Source: an uncultured Nitrospinota bacterium
GTDB taxonomy: Bacteria; Tectomicrobia; Entotheonellia; J063; CAVPRW01
Assembly (NCBI GenBank): GCA_963707985.1
Contig: CAVPRW010000024.1
Span: forward strand, 32,001 to 96,000
DNA: 64,000 nucleotides
Reading direction: 5' to 3'
Shown: positions 21,383 through 31,631 of the stretch, in pieces
Layout of the letters: each line of letters begins with the position of its first letter
How positions within the stretch are numbered: the stretch's first letter is position 1
Notes under the pieces: generated by a model
Databases searched by the model: none
What the model was told of the DNA's origin: nothing
The model's input: the letters and a program-made list of their open reading frames with translations, nothing else
Made by a program: the position numbers and the translations under genes

Positions 21383-23323
21383 TCAACGCGTATCGTGGGC
21401 ACGATACCGGGCATAGGCGAACAGACTGGCAATCACCACAACGACCAGTATCTGCAGCACGAGCCCTTGGAGATTGGGATAGAGCCCAAGCGCAGGAATG
21501 CTGGGGAGATTTATTGGGTTAACGGGCAACTTCCCGGCCTCCTGGAGTGCAGCAATACCTTGGCCAACGAACACCACGGCCAACAAAGCCAGGAGGAGTG
21601 AGGTTGCGCCGAAAAAGAGGCCAAGTGGCAGGCGGAGGCTGCCTCGGAAGATCAGCCATCCGAGAAGGGCGAGAGCCACGGCAGCGCTGATCAATCCTCC
21701 AAGCACCGGAGTATAGTCTGGTGCCACTTGCACCCATAAGGCTTGATAGAAAAGCACGATTTCGAATGCCTCACGATAGACGGCCAGAAACGATACCAGC
21801 GCTAATGCCCACATCGTGCGTGCCGACAAGGCTTCCTGCAGTTGAGCGTGGAGAAAAGTGCGCCAGCGATCGGCATAGGCCTTCTCATGCATCCAGAAGC
21901 CAACGTAGAGCAGGATCGCCGCCGCCACCAAGGCTGTCACACCCTCCGTTACTTCGCGCGTCGAGCCACTCATGGCAACGACATATGAAGCGACCAGCCA
22001 GGTGATCCCCCCCAGAACCAACGCCGCGATCCACCCCGCGTGTACATAAGGCAAGGCATCCCGCCGTTCACCTTTGATGAGCAGGGCGAAGATCGCCGCT
22101 AGGACGAGAATAGCCTCCAAGCCTTCACGGAGGAGGATCACGAAGGCGCTGAGGAAGGTGGCACTGGGCGGAAGTCGAGTTACCGCGAGTTTCTGTTGAG
22201 CCTCGGATAAAAGTGCCTGAATACGCTCTGCCGCCGTTCCGACCGTTGCAACAGCATCTTGCTGCTTGAGCAAAGATCGATACCCCAGCATCTCCGCCTC
22301 GATGGTCATGCGGAGACGTTTGTCGACGGTGTCAAGCGCCGCTTCGATCAGTTCGAATCCGTCGAGATAGGCCGCGACTGCCATATCCTGTGCAGCCTGC
22401 AGCTGCCCTTGGCGGTAGGCCGTGAGGCTCTCACGTATAAGGCGTGCACTATGCATCAGTGGCGGTTCCTGCGATGACACGACCGCTTCGGGAGACTGGC
22501 GCAGGTGGGAAAGTATGAGCACGGCATCATCGCCATGCGTGGTTCGCACGTCATCGGCAGTTTGCGTCACTAGGCTGGCGAGATCAGGGAACCAGCTCCG
22601 GCCCATACCAGACCGCCACAACTCGGCACCACGCTGCACATCAGGTTCCGAGCTATCGAGGTTACCGACATAGAAGGCCAGCGACCAGCGCTCGCCTTCG
22701 CTGAGCCCTTGGAACCCTGACATCCCAGTGCCTTGTACCCCCAGGGTGATCGTGCTGTACAGGCCGTAGAGGCTACGTTGATCCATGCGATGGCGATCAT
22801 GGAAATCGCTCGGCGACGGCTCCAGCGAGGCGGCTGCCGGGCCATCACCGTGCCCTTCCGGACCATGGCAGGCAGAGCACTGGGCTTGATACAAGGTTGC
22901 GGCGAGGCGCCAATCGGGTGGATGCTTGGGTGCCACCTCGACATTATAGGCGCCAATGATCGCCCAACGCAGCCGCTGGGCGAGAGGGGTTACCTCGGAC
23001 CCAGGTCGTCGGCCTTGAATAGCGTTGTTCAACTCGTCTGCCAGGCGCAGTAGGTTCACCTTGTCGGGATGCGCGGCAAGCTGGGATAGCAACGTCTGCA
23101 CTTGCTGGGCGAACTCGACCTGTTCGTCATATTCCGACTGATCGACCACGGCACCGTCCTGGACGGTCTCTGGGTAATCTACGGCGAGGTAGTCAAGCAG
23201 ATGAACGATCATATGCGCGGGCTCCGGAGGGGTCTGAGCCATTACCAGGTTCATGCTCCAGAGTAGAGCAGCCAATGCTAACAGGCTTGATAGGCCAAGC
23301 TTCGATTCGAGCAATCTGATCAT
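21383..23323 (-). CDS. Cytochrome c-FTR1 family iron permease (PbrT/EfeU-like)
   Basis: LLDYLAVDYP N-domain, CSACH heme motif, REGLE and REAFE iron motifs. Confidence 0.93.
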   Translation of the reverse strand: MIRLLESKLGLSSLLALAALLWSMNLVMAQTPPEPAHMIVHLLDYLAVDYPETVQDGAVVDQSEYDEQVEFAQQVQTLLSQLAAHPDKVNLLRLADELNNAIQGRRPGSEVTPLAQRLRWAIIGAYNVEVAPKHPPDWRLAATLYQAQCSACHGPEGHGDGPAAASLEPSPSDFHDRHRMDQRSLYGLYSTITLGVQGTGMSGFQGLSEGERWSLAFYVGNLDSSEPDVQRGAELWRSGMGRSWFPDLASLVTQTADDVRTTHGDDAVLILSHLRQSPEAVVSSQEPPLMHSARLIRESLTAYRQGQLQAAQDMAVAAYLDGFELIEAALDTVDKRLRMTIEAEMLGYRSLLKQQDAVATVGTAAERIQALLSEAQQKLAVTRLPPSATFLSAFVILLREGLEAILVLAAIFALLIKGERRDALPYVHAGWIAALVLGGITWLVASYVVAMSGSTREVTEGVTALVAAAILLYVGFWMHEKAYADRWRTFLHAQLQEALSARTMWALALVSFLAVYREAFEIVLFYQALWVQVAPDYTPVLGGLISAAVALALLGWLIFRGSLRLPLGLFFGATSLLLALLAVVFVGQGIAALQEAGKLPVNPINLPSIPALGLYPNLQGLVLQILVVVVIASLFAYARYRAHDTR

Positions 23324-23403
23324 GAGCCTCGCACCTCAAAAGGTATATCCCTTGGTGTCGACCATCTGGGGCAATCGCTGCGCGGAGATAGCGTCTCCAG
23401 CGT

Positions 23404-23619
23404 TCATCGTGGTTTCGCCGAGGTTGACGCACCTTTCTCCCACACCGTGTCGACCTTGCCGTCTCCGTTGCTATCACGCTCCACCTTGTAGGGTTCCTTG
23501 CTGCCAGGAGTGAAGTATTCCCATTGATCTGGATGGCCTTTGGCCTGTTGGTCATATTCGGCGCGGATCACTTGGCCATCGGCCCGTCTCCTCTTGTGAA
23601 ACGCAGTGAAATGCGACAT
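23404..23619 (-). pseudogene. C-terminal fragment of a DxNxDG-repeat protein
   Basis: DGQVIRAEYD...PDQWEYF...ERDSNGDGKVD; no signal peptide or convincing start. Confidence 0.45.
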
Positions 23620-23631
23620 CGTGCTGTGGTA

Positions 23632-24072
23632 TTACTCAAAATCCTGCGGTTTAACTGTTTCAAGCCAAGGCTGGATACTCCTCCAGGAGCCCATCTTGAG
23701 CGCTCTCGAGGTTGCATAGAGGGGAACGTGTGTGCGTGCAGCCATAGCGATCGCGTCTGCTGGATGGCAGGCTTGCTGGATTTCCATGCCATTCGAGCAG
23801 GAGATGATCAACAACCCTAGGGGAGTATTGTCCGCTGACGCGTCGATCAGGGTGATGCGTAAGTTGCCACCAAATTTGGTGAGAAGCTCTTGGATCAGTC
23901 GATACATCGACACGGCTGGGCATTGGCACTCCTTAAGCTCATGCGCCAGCCAGTGCGCCATCATTGGACGCATGCGGATGCTTAACTGCACCATGCCATC
24001 CGGATCTTCCAGGACCACCTGTCCATGCTGGGACCCGGTTGAAAACCCTTTCACCTGCATCCGTTGCACCAC
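23632..24072 (-). CDS. Bifunctional nuclease (DUF151) family protein, divergent
   Basis: VVLED..., PADAIAMAARTHVPLYA, WLETVKPQDF tail; RBS AGGAGG. Confidence 0.75.
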   Translation of the reverse strand: MVQRMQVKGFSTGSQHGQVVLEDPDGMVQLSIRMRPMMAHWLAHELKECQCPAVSMYRLIQELLTKFGGNLRITLIDASADNTPLGLLIISCSNGMEIQQACHPADAIAMAARTHVPLYATSRALKMGSWRSIQPWLETVKPQDFE

Positions 24073-24314
24073 GGTCCTCCTTTCTGGAAGGGCACGGGGT
24101 CTGGCTGAGAGCGGGCCAGCCGGCTCCGACGAACCCCATCATTACTCATGGTCGTCTGCGCTGTACACGCTGCGCTTTGTTGGCACAACGTGCATGCCAC
24201 TATAATTTCCCGCATTGGACCTCCCCGCAAGCGGTGGAGGCACTTATGGATGAGTCTTTGTCCCTGGCTGGCTGCCGTAAGGTTGGGGGTCGGTGGCTGG
24301 CTGGGTGGAGGTGG

Positions 24315-24494
24315 TCACTTCGTCAGAATGAGCTTTCCCGTCTTCGTGATGTGCAGGACGTACTCCTCTCCCTCATGGACGATGATCACCTCGCGGGCCC
24401 CCTGCATCAGATCAGCAGTGCTGATCCGTCGCCGTCGGGACCACGGGGGATGAGATTCCGCCGAACTAGGTTGGGGTGGTATCTCGGTCGGCAT
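24315..24494 (-). CDS. hemP: Hemin uptake protein HemP/HmuP
   Basis: ISTADLMQGAREVIIVHEGEEYVLHITKTGKLILTK signature. Confidence 0.92.
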   Translation of the reverse strand: MPTEIPPQPSSAESHPPWSRRRRISTADLMQGAREVIIVHEGEEYVLHITKTGKLILTK

Positions 24495-25563
24495 GATCGC
24501 TATTGACTCCCTCTTGCCCTGACTCACCCACCGAAAACACAACACTATGACAAGGCTTTGCCCAAACTGTTACCTGTTCCCCCGTCTGGATTGCAAGAGT
24601 CGATGGTTGGTAGCTGTCGAGGGTCACACCAGATGGCAACCGTATGACAACGACCGCATCGACACCGCGAAAGCGGCGCGAGATCACCACGCCATTGCCT
24701 GTCGCGTCGGGTCGCAGTTGCAGTTGATGTGGCCGAATCATCACCTCCACGCTCGACCCTTCGGTGAGACCGAGGGGCTTGGGAAATGTTCCGATATCAG
24801 TCTCGATACCCGCCTTAACGATCAGGCCTGGTAGGAAGTTTGCCTGCCCCACGAAACCAGCTACGAAGCGTGTCCCTGGGCGGTAGTAGATCTCCTCGGG
24901 ACAGCTGAGCTGTTCTAGGTGACCGCCGTTCAGCACTCCCACTCGATCGGCGACTAGGAAGGCTTCCTCATGGTCGTGGGTGACAAACACGGCGGTCGTT
25001 TCCAGGTGACGGAGAATGACCTGGACCTCGTTCAGCAGGTGGGTACGCAGGCCGGCATCCAGATGACTGAACGGTTCGTCGAGCAGGAGCACTGCTGGAC
25101 GTGGTGCGAGGGCCCTGGCAAGTGCCACACGCTGCTGTTGTCCTCCAGAGAGCTCGTGAGGATAGCGCCTGGCCAATGGGCTTAATCCCACCAGATCCAA
25201 CATCTCTCGTAGGCGCTGTAGCCGTTCCTTGGCACTGAGATGGCGTAGACCGAATATGACGTTTTCGTCGACCGTCAGATGTGGAAAGAGCGTGTTCTCT
25301 TGAAAGATCACCCCCACGCCACGTTGTTCAGGCGGCACACAGAAATGCTCATTGGCCATGATCTTGCCGCCGATTTCGACCACCCCAGCATCCGGCCGCT
25401 CGAAACCGGCAATCAGACGCAGGGTCGTCGTCTTGCCACAACCGCTCGGCCCCAGCAACGCCAGAATCTCCCCCTTTTCCAGCTCCAAACTCAGGTGATC
25501 AACCGCCGGCAGCGCTTGGGCCGGGTAAGACTTTGTGACGTCATCAAGAGAGAGGAGACTCAT
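24466..25563 (-). CDS. Fe(III) ABC transporter ATP-binding protein (FbpC/AfuC)
   Basis: GPSGCGKT, LSGGQQQR, LLLDEP, TOBE tail. Confidence 0.92.
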   Translation of the reverse strand: MSLLSLDDVTKSYPAQALPAVDHLSLELEKGEILALLGPSGCGKTTTLRLIAGFERPDAGVVEIGGKIMANEHFCVPPEQRGVGVIFQENTLFPHLTVDENVIFGLRHLSAKERLQRLREMLDLVGLSPLARRYPHELSGGQQQRVALARALAPRPAVLLLDEPFSHLDAGLRTHLLNEVQVILRHLETTAVFVTHDHEEAFLVADRVGVLNGGHLEQLSCPEEIYYRPGTRFVAGFVGQANFLPGLIVKAGIETDIGTFPKPLGLTEGSSVEVMIRPHQLQLRPDATGNGVVISRRFRGVDAVVVIRLPSGVTLDSYQPSTLAIQTGEQVTVWAKPCHSVVFSVGESGQEGVNSDHADRDTTPT

Positions 25564-27262
25564 CGTACCCTTCTGGCATTACTCGGCTTCTCATGACTGC
25601 CGGTGGGAACCGTCGGATAAGCAAGAGCACAGGGAGAACACCACCGGCGACGATCGTTAACGCTGGCAAAGCCGCTGCTTCCCAAAACGACTCCGAGGTG
25701 AGCTGCCAGATCCGTACCGCTAACGTGTCGTATCCAAACGGGCGCAATAAGAGTGTGGCCGGCATCTCCTTCATGACGTCAACGAAAACCAGGATGGCTG
25801 CACACCCAAGACTCCCGCGGAGCAGCGGCACGTGAATTCGTCGGAGCACACCACCAGGACTGGACCCTAGTGAGCGCGCCGCCATGTCCATGCTCGGCGT
25901 GATTTTCGCAAGGCCAGCCTCCAACGTCTGGATACTGACGGCTAGGAACCGCACCAAGTAGGCGAACACAAGCCCTGCCATCGAGCCTGTGAGCAGCAAA
26001 CCACTGGAGATGCCGAAGGCCCATCGTAGGAAGTCGTCGAGACGATGATCGACGAAGGCCAGCGGGAGGAGCACACCAACCGCGATCACCGATCCGGGAA
26101 GTGCATATCCCATACTAGCAAAACGGGTGCAACAGGCAACGACAGGGCTCCGGCTGAGGCGGAGTCCATAGGCCAGGACCACAGCGGCGACGACAGCGAT
26201 GGCCGCTGTGACGGTGGCAAGCACCAGCGTGTTGACCAAGAACATCGGGTACCGTGTATCAAACGACGGTCCACCCAGGGTGGAGAGAGTCCAATAGAGC
26301 AACTGGGCGACGGGAAGCAGAAACGCAGTTGTGACAACCCCCCCACACATACTGGCGGCTGTCCAGGCACGCCAACCTACGAGTGGGCGGGGTGGGATGG
26401 GGCGAACGCCTCCCTCTGTCTGGGAGAAGCGCCCTCGGCGCCGCATAAAGCGCTCAAGAAACAGCAGCCCAAAAGTAAAGCACAGCAAAACGCTTGCTAA
26501 CTCAGTAGCTGCTTCGCGGTTGAAGAGACCGAACCACACGCGGTAGATGGCGACCGTGAAGGTTGAATAGCCGTAGATCCCCACTGTGCCGAAATCGGCC
26601 AGTGCCTCCATTAACGCCAAGGCCATGCCGGCGGCTATGGACGGACGGGCTAGCGGTAACATGACTTTCCAGAACACCCCTAACGCGCCGAATCCCAGCG
26701 AGCGAGCGGCTTCTACAGTACCCGCTGACTGTTCAAAAAACGCTGTTTTGGTGAGGAGATAGACATAGGGGTAGAGCACCAACGTCATTACCACGACGAC
26801 CCCACCAGGGGAGGCGATGTCAGGAAACCAGGTTTTTGCTCCAAACATCCATCGCCATGTGCTCTGCACCGGTCCGGGGTAATCGAAAATGGCCAGAAAC
26901 ACGAAACCCATGACATAAGACGGCATTGCCATGGGGAGAATGAGCAGCCACTCAAAGAGCCATCGACCCGGAAAACGATACATGGTGACGAGCCAAGCGA
27001 GACCAACGCCGAGGATGAGCACTCCCGTCCCCACTCCAGCAATCAGCACCAGCGTATTCCAGACCAACTCTAGCAAATACGTGCGCCACAGATGGAGCCA
27101 GATCTCCCGGCTGGGAGTGGCCAGTGAAGACACCACGACCAGAATCGGCGTTGCCACCAAGAGTGCAATTGCCCCTGCGCCGAGTGGCCACAGGCACTCC
27201 TTCGGCCATAACCTCAGGCGTAGCGAGCGATCAGGAGTAGTTGATGCCAGACTCGTATGCAT
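25544..27262 (-). CDS. Fe(III) ABC transporter permease (FbpB/FutB)
   Basis: Two ABC TM domains; YPYVY, EAARSLG, DFG, GYALPG, VDVMKEMPAT. Confidence 0.93.
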   Translation of the reverse strand: MHTSLASTTPDRSLRLRLWPKECLWPLGAGAIALLVATPILVVVSSLATPSREIWLHLWRTYLLELVWNTLVLIAGVGTGVLILGVGLAWLVTMYRFPGRWLFEWLLILPMAMPSYVMGFVFLAIFDYPGPVQSTWRWMFGAKTWFPDIASPGGVVVVMTLVLYPYVYLLTKTAFFEQSAGTVEAARSLGFGALGVFWKVMLPLARPSIAAGMALALMEALADFGTVGIYGYSTFTVAIYRVWFGLFNREAATELASVLLCFTFGLLFLERFMRRRGRFSQTEGGVRPIPPRPLVGWRAWTAASMCGGVVTTAFLLPVAQLLYWTLSTLGGPSFDTRYPMFLVNTLVLATVTAAIAVVAAVVLAYGLRLSRSPVVACCTRFASMGYALPGSVIAVGVLLPLAFVDHRLDDFLRWAFGISSGLLLTGSMAGLVFAYLVRFLAVSIQTLEAGLAKITPSMDMAARSLGSSPGGVLRRIHVPLLRGSLGCAAILVFVDVMKEMPATLLLRPFGYDTLAVRIWQLTSESFWEAAALPALTIVAGGVLPVLLLIRRFPPAVMRSRVMPEGYDESPLS

Positions 27263-27281
27263 ACGGGGGTCTATGGCGGCA

Positions 27282-28316
27282 CTATTTATATCCGACACGG
27301 TCCATGAGCTTAACAGCTGTAGTTTGCAACTCGCCGGCGGCCGCCACATCTACCGTGTCCGCCTTGAAATCGCCCCAGGCGACAATGATGCTACTCGCTT
27401 TCACCGTGGGATTGGCAGGGTACTCATAGTTGGCGTCAGCGACCAGGTTCTGCGCTTCGGGCGAGCTCAGGAACTCGATGAGCTTGATGGCATTGTCGCG
27501 ATGCTTCGCATGCTTCGTGACCCCAGCGCCGGAAATGTTAATGTGCACGCCACGATCACCCTGATTGGGCCAGAAGACGGCGACAGGAAATTTGGCATCC
27601 TTCGCCACTAATTGAGCCAGGTAATAGGTATTGGTGATGCCCACGTCACACTGGCCAGCGGCTATGGCTTCCAAAAGTTTGCTATCGCTCTCGAAAATGC
27701 GTGGCTGATTCGCCATCCAACCCCGCACGATACCTTCGGTGCGTTCTTCACCCAGCGTCTTGATCATGGTTGCGACCAGCGACTGGGTATAGACTTTCTT
27801 GGAGGTACGGAAGCAGAGTTTACCGTTCCATTTGGGATCGCCGAGCGCCTCGTAAGTCGAGAGGTCGCTGGGTTTGACACGCTCGGTACTATACATGATG
27901 GGGCGTGCACGTACCGACAACCCAACCCATTCATTATCCTTCGCCCGTAGATGGCTAGGGATGTTCTGGTCGATGATCTCGGAATTGATCCCCTGGAGGA
28001 GACCAACATTTTGGGCGATCCAGAGATTGCCCACATCCACCGTCATGAAGACATCCGCGGGTGTATTCACGCCTTCACTTTGCAGGCGCTCGAATAATTC
28101 CTTCTCACCGGCAGTGAAGGACTTCACCTGGATACCGGTTTTCTCCGTGAAGGCATCGAACATCGGCTTGCTTAACGCTTCGATACGGGCTGAGTAAACG
28201 ACAACCTCCCCGGCGGATCCGGCGGCCTGCAGAGACGTCCCGGACTGGCACAGCAAAAGCCCCACGAGCACAGCCAGCATGATACGCGGATAACGTCGAC
28301 ACGATTGCGGCCTCAT
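27282..28316 (-). CDS. Fe(III) ABC transporter substrate-binding protein (FbpA/FutA)
   Basis: VYSAR, PADVFMTVD, Fe-binding NTYY, GVHINISGAGV, NYEYP. Confidence 0.94.
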   Translation of the reverse strand: MRPQSCRRYPRIMLAVLVGLLLCQSGTSLQAAGSAGEVVVYSARIEALSKPMFDAFTEKTGIQVKSFTAGEKELFERLQSEGVNTPADVFMTVDVGNLWIAQNVGLLQGINSEIIDQNIPSHLRAKDNEWVGLSVRARPIMYSTERVKPSDLSTYEALGDPKWNGKLCFRTSKKVYTQSLVATMIKTLGEERTEGIVRGWMANQPRIFESDSKLLEAIAAGQCDVGITNTYYLAQLVAKDAKFPVAVFWPNQGDRGVHINISGAGVTKHAKHRDNAIKLIEFLSSPEAQNLVADANYEYPANPTVKASSIIVAWGDFKADTVDVAAAGELQTTAVKLMDRVGYK

Positions 28317-28438
28317 CACATCCCTCCTGATGCCTGTCCCGAACTCAACACATGCTTGGGATAGGAACGGCACAGCGAACAAGGCGGAAGACCGTCCCAA
28401 AGACGAAGGACAATCGAGATTCGTTGAAACCGTTCCCT

Positions 28439-28467
28439 ACACTACTGAATGATAAAAGTTCTGTCAA
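28439..28467 (-). promoter_or_regulatory. Promoter for fbpABC with Fur-like box in the spacer
   Basis: Minus strand TTGACA-GAACTTTTATCATTCAG-TAGTGT; plus strand AATGATAAAAGTT resembles the Fur core AATGATAATCATT. Confidence 0.6.
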
Positions 28468-28726
28468 CCAAAAATTTCTAGTTTGGTAGACCGTGTGACG
28501 AGACGCTCCTGTGCTGGGTGCGTGGCTCGCAAGTGATCGAGATCACTACCCCATCGATCTATGCACCGCTCTAGTGCTCTGGGTTCTGCTTCCTGGGTTG
28601 TCTTCCTCTGGCTTACAGGCTATATTGCGGGGCTAGGGCCTTAATTGTCCTGGTCATCTGTGCTGGAACGGACGGGCTCTGTTGTGGGATAAGTTTTGGA
28701 TGGATGGCGATCATGGAGATCTAGGT

Positions 28727-29941
28727 ATGTCAACTTCTCACACCTTCGATTATGATACAGTGTACTCACGTAAAGTGCGCGTTGGCATCCCCCGGTCACC
28801 GCGCGTTGTTGTGCCGTACGACTTTGCCGTCGGTCATCCGGATGCCAGCACCTTTCCTAGCCAGGCGCTCGGCGAGGCAACGAGCCGCATGCTGTTACGC
28901 GAAGGACCAGAGCTGGCGCTCTATCCCGGGGATATGAGTCACGATGCGGCGCGCCAGCTCGTCAGTGACAAATTGAAGCTCCACGAGGGCATTGATATCC
29001 CTCCCAGCCGCGTGATGATCACGAATGGTTCCACCCAGGGCTTGCTGATGGTCGCTGAGGCCTTTCTCAATCCGGGCGACACGGTGATCATTGAGGAGTA
29101 TTGCTATCCGGGTACCTTGCGCGCCTTCAGCTATTGCGAGCCGCACTGGGGGACCGTGCCAACTGATCATGAGGGTATTATCGTCACAGAGTTGACGCAT
29201 GTCTTAGATCGGCTGGCGGACCAGGGAGTCACCCCGAAATTTATCTATACGATCGCGAATTTTCAAAATCCAACCGGCTCGGTGATGAGCCTGGCACGAC
29301 GACAAGCGCTGATGCAGGTAGCGGAGGAACGGCATCTTCTGGTGATCGAGGATGATGCCTACGGTGATCTGATCTACGAAGGGAAGCCGGTGACCTCACT
29401 GTATGCCTTGAGCCAGACACAGAACGTCGTCCGTCTGGGAACCTTTTCGAAGATCGTGGCCGCGGGAGTACGCTTGGGCTGGATTATCGCTCCTGAGCCA
29501 GTGTTGGCGAGGATGGCGGTATCGAAAATCGATGGCGGGACCAGTGCATTTACGAGTCGAGCGGTGGCGGAATACCTGCAGGATCACCTCGATAACCGTA
29601 TGGAAACACTGCTCGGCGTCTACCGTGCCAAACGTGATGCGATGCTCGAGGCTTTAGAAGAGCACCTCGATGGAGTAGCAGTATGGAGCCAGCCAAGAGG
29701 GGGGTTGTTCATCTGGGTGCGTCTACCTGAGGAGGTTGATACAACGAAACTCCTTGAAGCAGCCCTTAAGGCAGGTGTCACCTATCTGCCGGGAACGAAC
29801 TTCTCGACGGAGGGGAAAGGTACCAACTATCTGCGTCTGTCGTTTGCGTATCTGAGTCCAGAGAAGATTCGGGAGGGAATTGCTGTATTGGCCCGTGTGC
29901 TCAAAGCGGTCAAACCGCTCAAGGCACCCTTACCAGCCTAA
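28727..29941 (+). CDS. PLP-dependent aminotransferase (class I, LysN/MocR-like, no HTH)
   Basis: NFQNPTG, EDDAYG, GTFSKIVAAGVRLGW, PRGGLFIW, LRLSFA. Confidence 0.92.
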   Translation: MSTSHTFDYDTVYSRKVRVGIPRSPRVVVPYDFAVGHPDASTFPSQALGEATSRMLLREGPELALYPGDMSHDAARQLVSDKLKLHEGIDIPPSRVMITNGSTQGLLMVAEAFLNPGDTVIIEEYCYPGTLRAFSYCEPHWGTVPTDHEGIIVTELTHVLDRLADQGVTPKFIYTIANFQNPTGSVMSLARRQALMQVAEERHLLVIEDDAYGDLIYEGKPVTSLYALSQTQNVVRLGTFSKIVAAGVRLGWIIAPEPVLARMAVSKIDGGTSAFTSRAVAEYLQDHLDNRMETLLGVYRAKRDAMLEALEEHLDGVAVWSQPRGGLFIWVRLPEEVDTTKLLEAALKAGVTYLPGTNFSTEGKGTNYLRLSFAYLSPEKIREGIAVLARVLKAVKPLKAPLPA

Positions 29942-29968
29942 GGGGAGCAGGGCTGGCCTGCACGGTGC

Positions 29969-30592
29969 TCAGGCAGGCCCGGTCAGCCGGCGGAGTTGTT
30001 CCAGTTCTGGCTTTACACGCCCTTCGTAACACTCTGGGCAGATGCTGTGGCTGAATTGGGCTTCTGAATGTTCGGAGATATAGCTTTCGACTTGTTGCCA
30101 ATAATTTCGGTCATCACGGATTTTTTTGCAGTATGAGCATATCGGCAGGAGGCCTTGGAGTTGCTTGACCCGTGCCAGGGCCTCTTCGAGGGCCTTAACG
30201 CGGTCCGCTAAGCTGTGTTGTAACTCCACGATGCGCAGGCCCACTTGCACACGTGCACGTAACTCCTCGCGATTAAAAGGTTTAGTGACATAGTCGTTGG
30301 CACCCGAACGTAGACCCGCGACGATATCTTCCCGGCGTCCTCTTGCCGTGAGTAAAATTAGGTAGGGTGGCGTAGACGTGGCGGCGCGTCGAACTCGACG
30401 GCATACCTCGACACCGTCCATACCAGGCATCATCCAGTCGAGAATCGCTAACGAAGGGGCGTTTGCACTGTGGAGAACCTCCCAGGCTGCGGTGCCATCG
30501 GAGGTGACCACCACTTCGTAGCCCCATCGAATAAGCGTAGTTTCGAGGAGACGGCGGGAGATCATATCGTCTTCAGCGATTAGGAGCTTCAC
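29969..30592 (-). CDS. Response regulator with C-terminal Cys/His-rich domain
   Basis: REC domain (EDD, LDWMMP, TKP) plus LLPICSYCKKIRDD...SHSICPEC. Confidence 0.9.
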   Translation of the reverse strand: MKLLIAEDDMISRRLLETTLIRWGYEVVVTSDGTAAWEVLHSANAPSLAILDWMMPGMDGVEVCRRVRRAATSTPPYLILLTARGRREDIVAGLRSGANDYVTKPFNREELRARVQVGLRIVELQHSLADRVKALEEALARVKQLQGLLPICSYCKKIRDDRNYWQQVESYISEHSEAQFSHSICPECYEGRVKPELEQLRRLTGPA

Positions 30593-30671
30593 GGCTCAAC
30601 CTCTTTGGTCAGGGCGATCAACACGGGGACGAGCTATCCCATGCCTTCATCTAGAAGAGCATGGCCAGTAG

Positions 30672-31631
30672 TTATGGAGACGGCACGTCATAAGTTGATG
30701 TGATGTGTGGTGTAATGTCTGTGACGGTTGCAAGCTCAACACGATTTCGACCCCCGGACTTCGCACGGTACAGCGCGCTATCTGCTGCCTGGATCAGGAC
30801 GGTCGGCTCCAGAATAGCGATTGTGTCACTGGCGGCAACCCCGAGGCTACACATGATATCGATCGTGCCTCCGGGGATCTTGACCGGTTCCTGACTCATG
30901 CTGACGCGGAGCCGATCGGCGAGTTTGAAGGCATCTTGAGAGGTGCAGCCGGGCAGAACCATGAGAAACTCTTCCCCGCCGTAGCGGCCGATGGCGTCAT
31001 AAGCGCGCAACAGGTCACGCATCCGACGGGCGGACTCACATAGCGCTATGTCACCAACCATATGCCCATAGGTATCGTTGATGCGCTTGAAATGATCGAG
31101 GTCGGCTATTGCGACCGCCACGGGAAGCTCTTCGCGTCTTGATCGCGCCAGCTCATTTTCGAGCACTTCGAGGATAGCGCGTCGATTCCACATCCCCGTC
31201 AACGGATCATGCATAGCCTGAACGCGGAGCGCTTCGCGAGCTTCAATCAGCTCAGCCTGCAGTGTCACGATGCGCTTCCCAGTGCGCAAGCGCACTTGTA
31301 GTTCGTGTGGATCGAATGGCTTAGTTAAGTAGTCGTCAGCTCCGGCGTCTAATCCCTCGATAATGTTTTCTTTACGTCCTTTTGTGGTCAGTAAAAGCAG
31401 ATAAATGTATGGTTCCTGCCCACGTTGCCGTACTTTTCGGCAGACCTCCAAGCCATCCATCCCGGGCATCATCCAATCTAAAATGGCGATCGGGGCGGCG
31501 TCGGTCCTCTGCAACAGTTCCCAGGCTTCGACGCCATCACGCGTGACAGCCACCTCGTAGCCCCACCGGGTTAACATGGCTTCGAGGAGACGGCAAGAGA
31601 CGACATCGTCCTCAGCGATCAACACTTTCAC
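30672..31631 (-). CDS. REC-GGDEF diguanylate cyclase (WspR/PleD-like)
   Basis: REC domain, DPLTG, RAYD I-site, GGEEF. Confidence 0.93.
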   Translation of the reverse strand: MKVLIAEDDVVSCRLLEAMLTRWGYEVAVTRDGVEAWELLQRTDAAPIAILDWMMPGMDGLEVCRKVRQRGQEPYIYLLLLTTKGRKENIIEGLDAGADDYLTKPFDPHELQVRLRTGKRIVTLQAELIEAREALRVQAMHDPLTGMWNRRAILEVLENELARSRREELPVAVAIADLDHFKRINDTYGHMVGDIALCESARRMRDLLRAYDAIGRYGGEEFLMVLPGCTSQDAFKLADRLRVSMSQEPVKIPGGTIDIMCSLGVAASDTIAILEPTVLIQAADSALYRAKSGGRNRVELATVTDITPHITSTYDVPSP

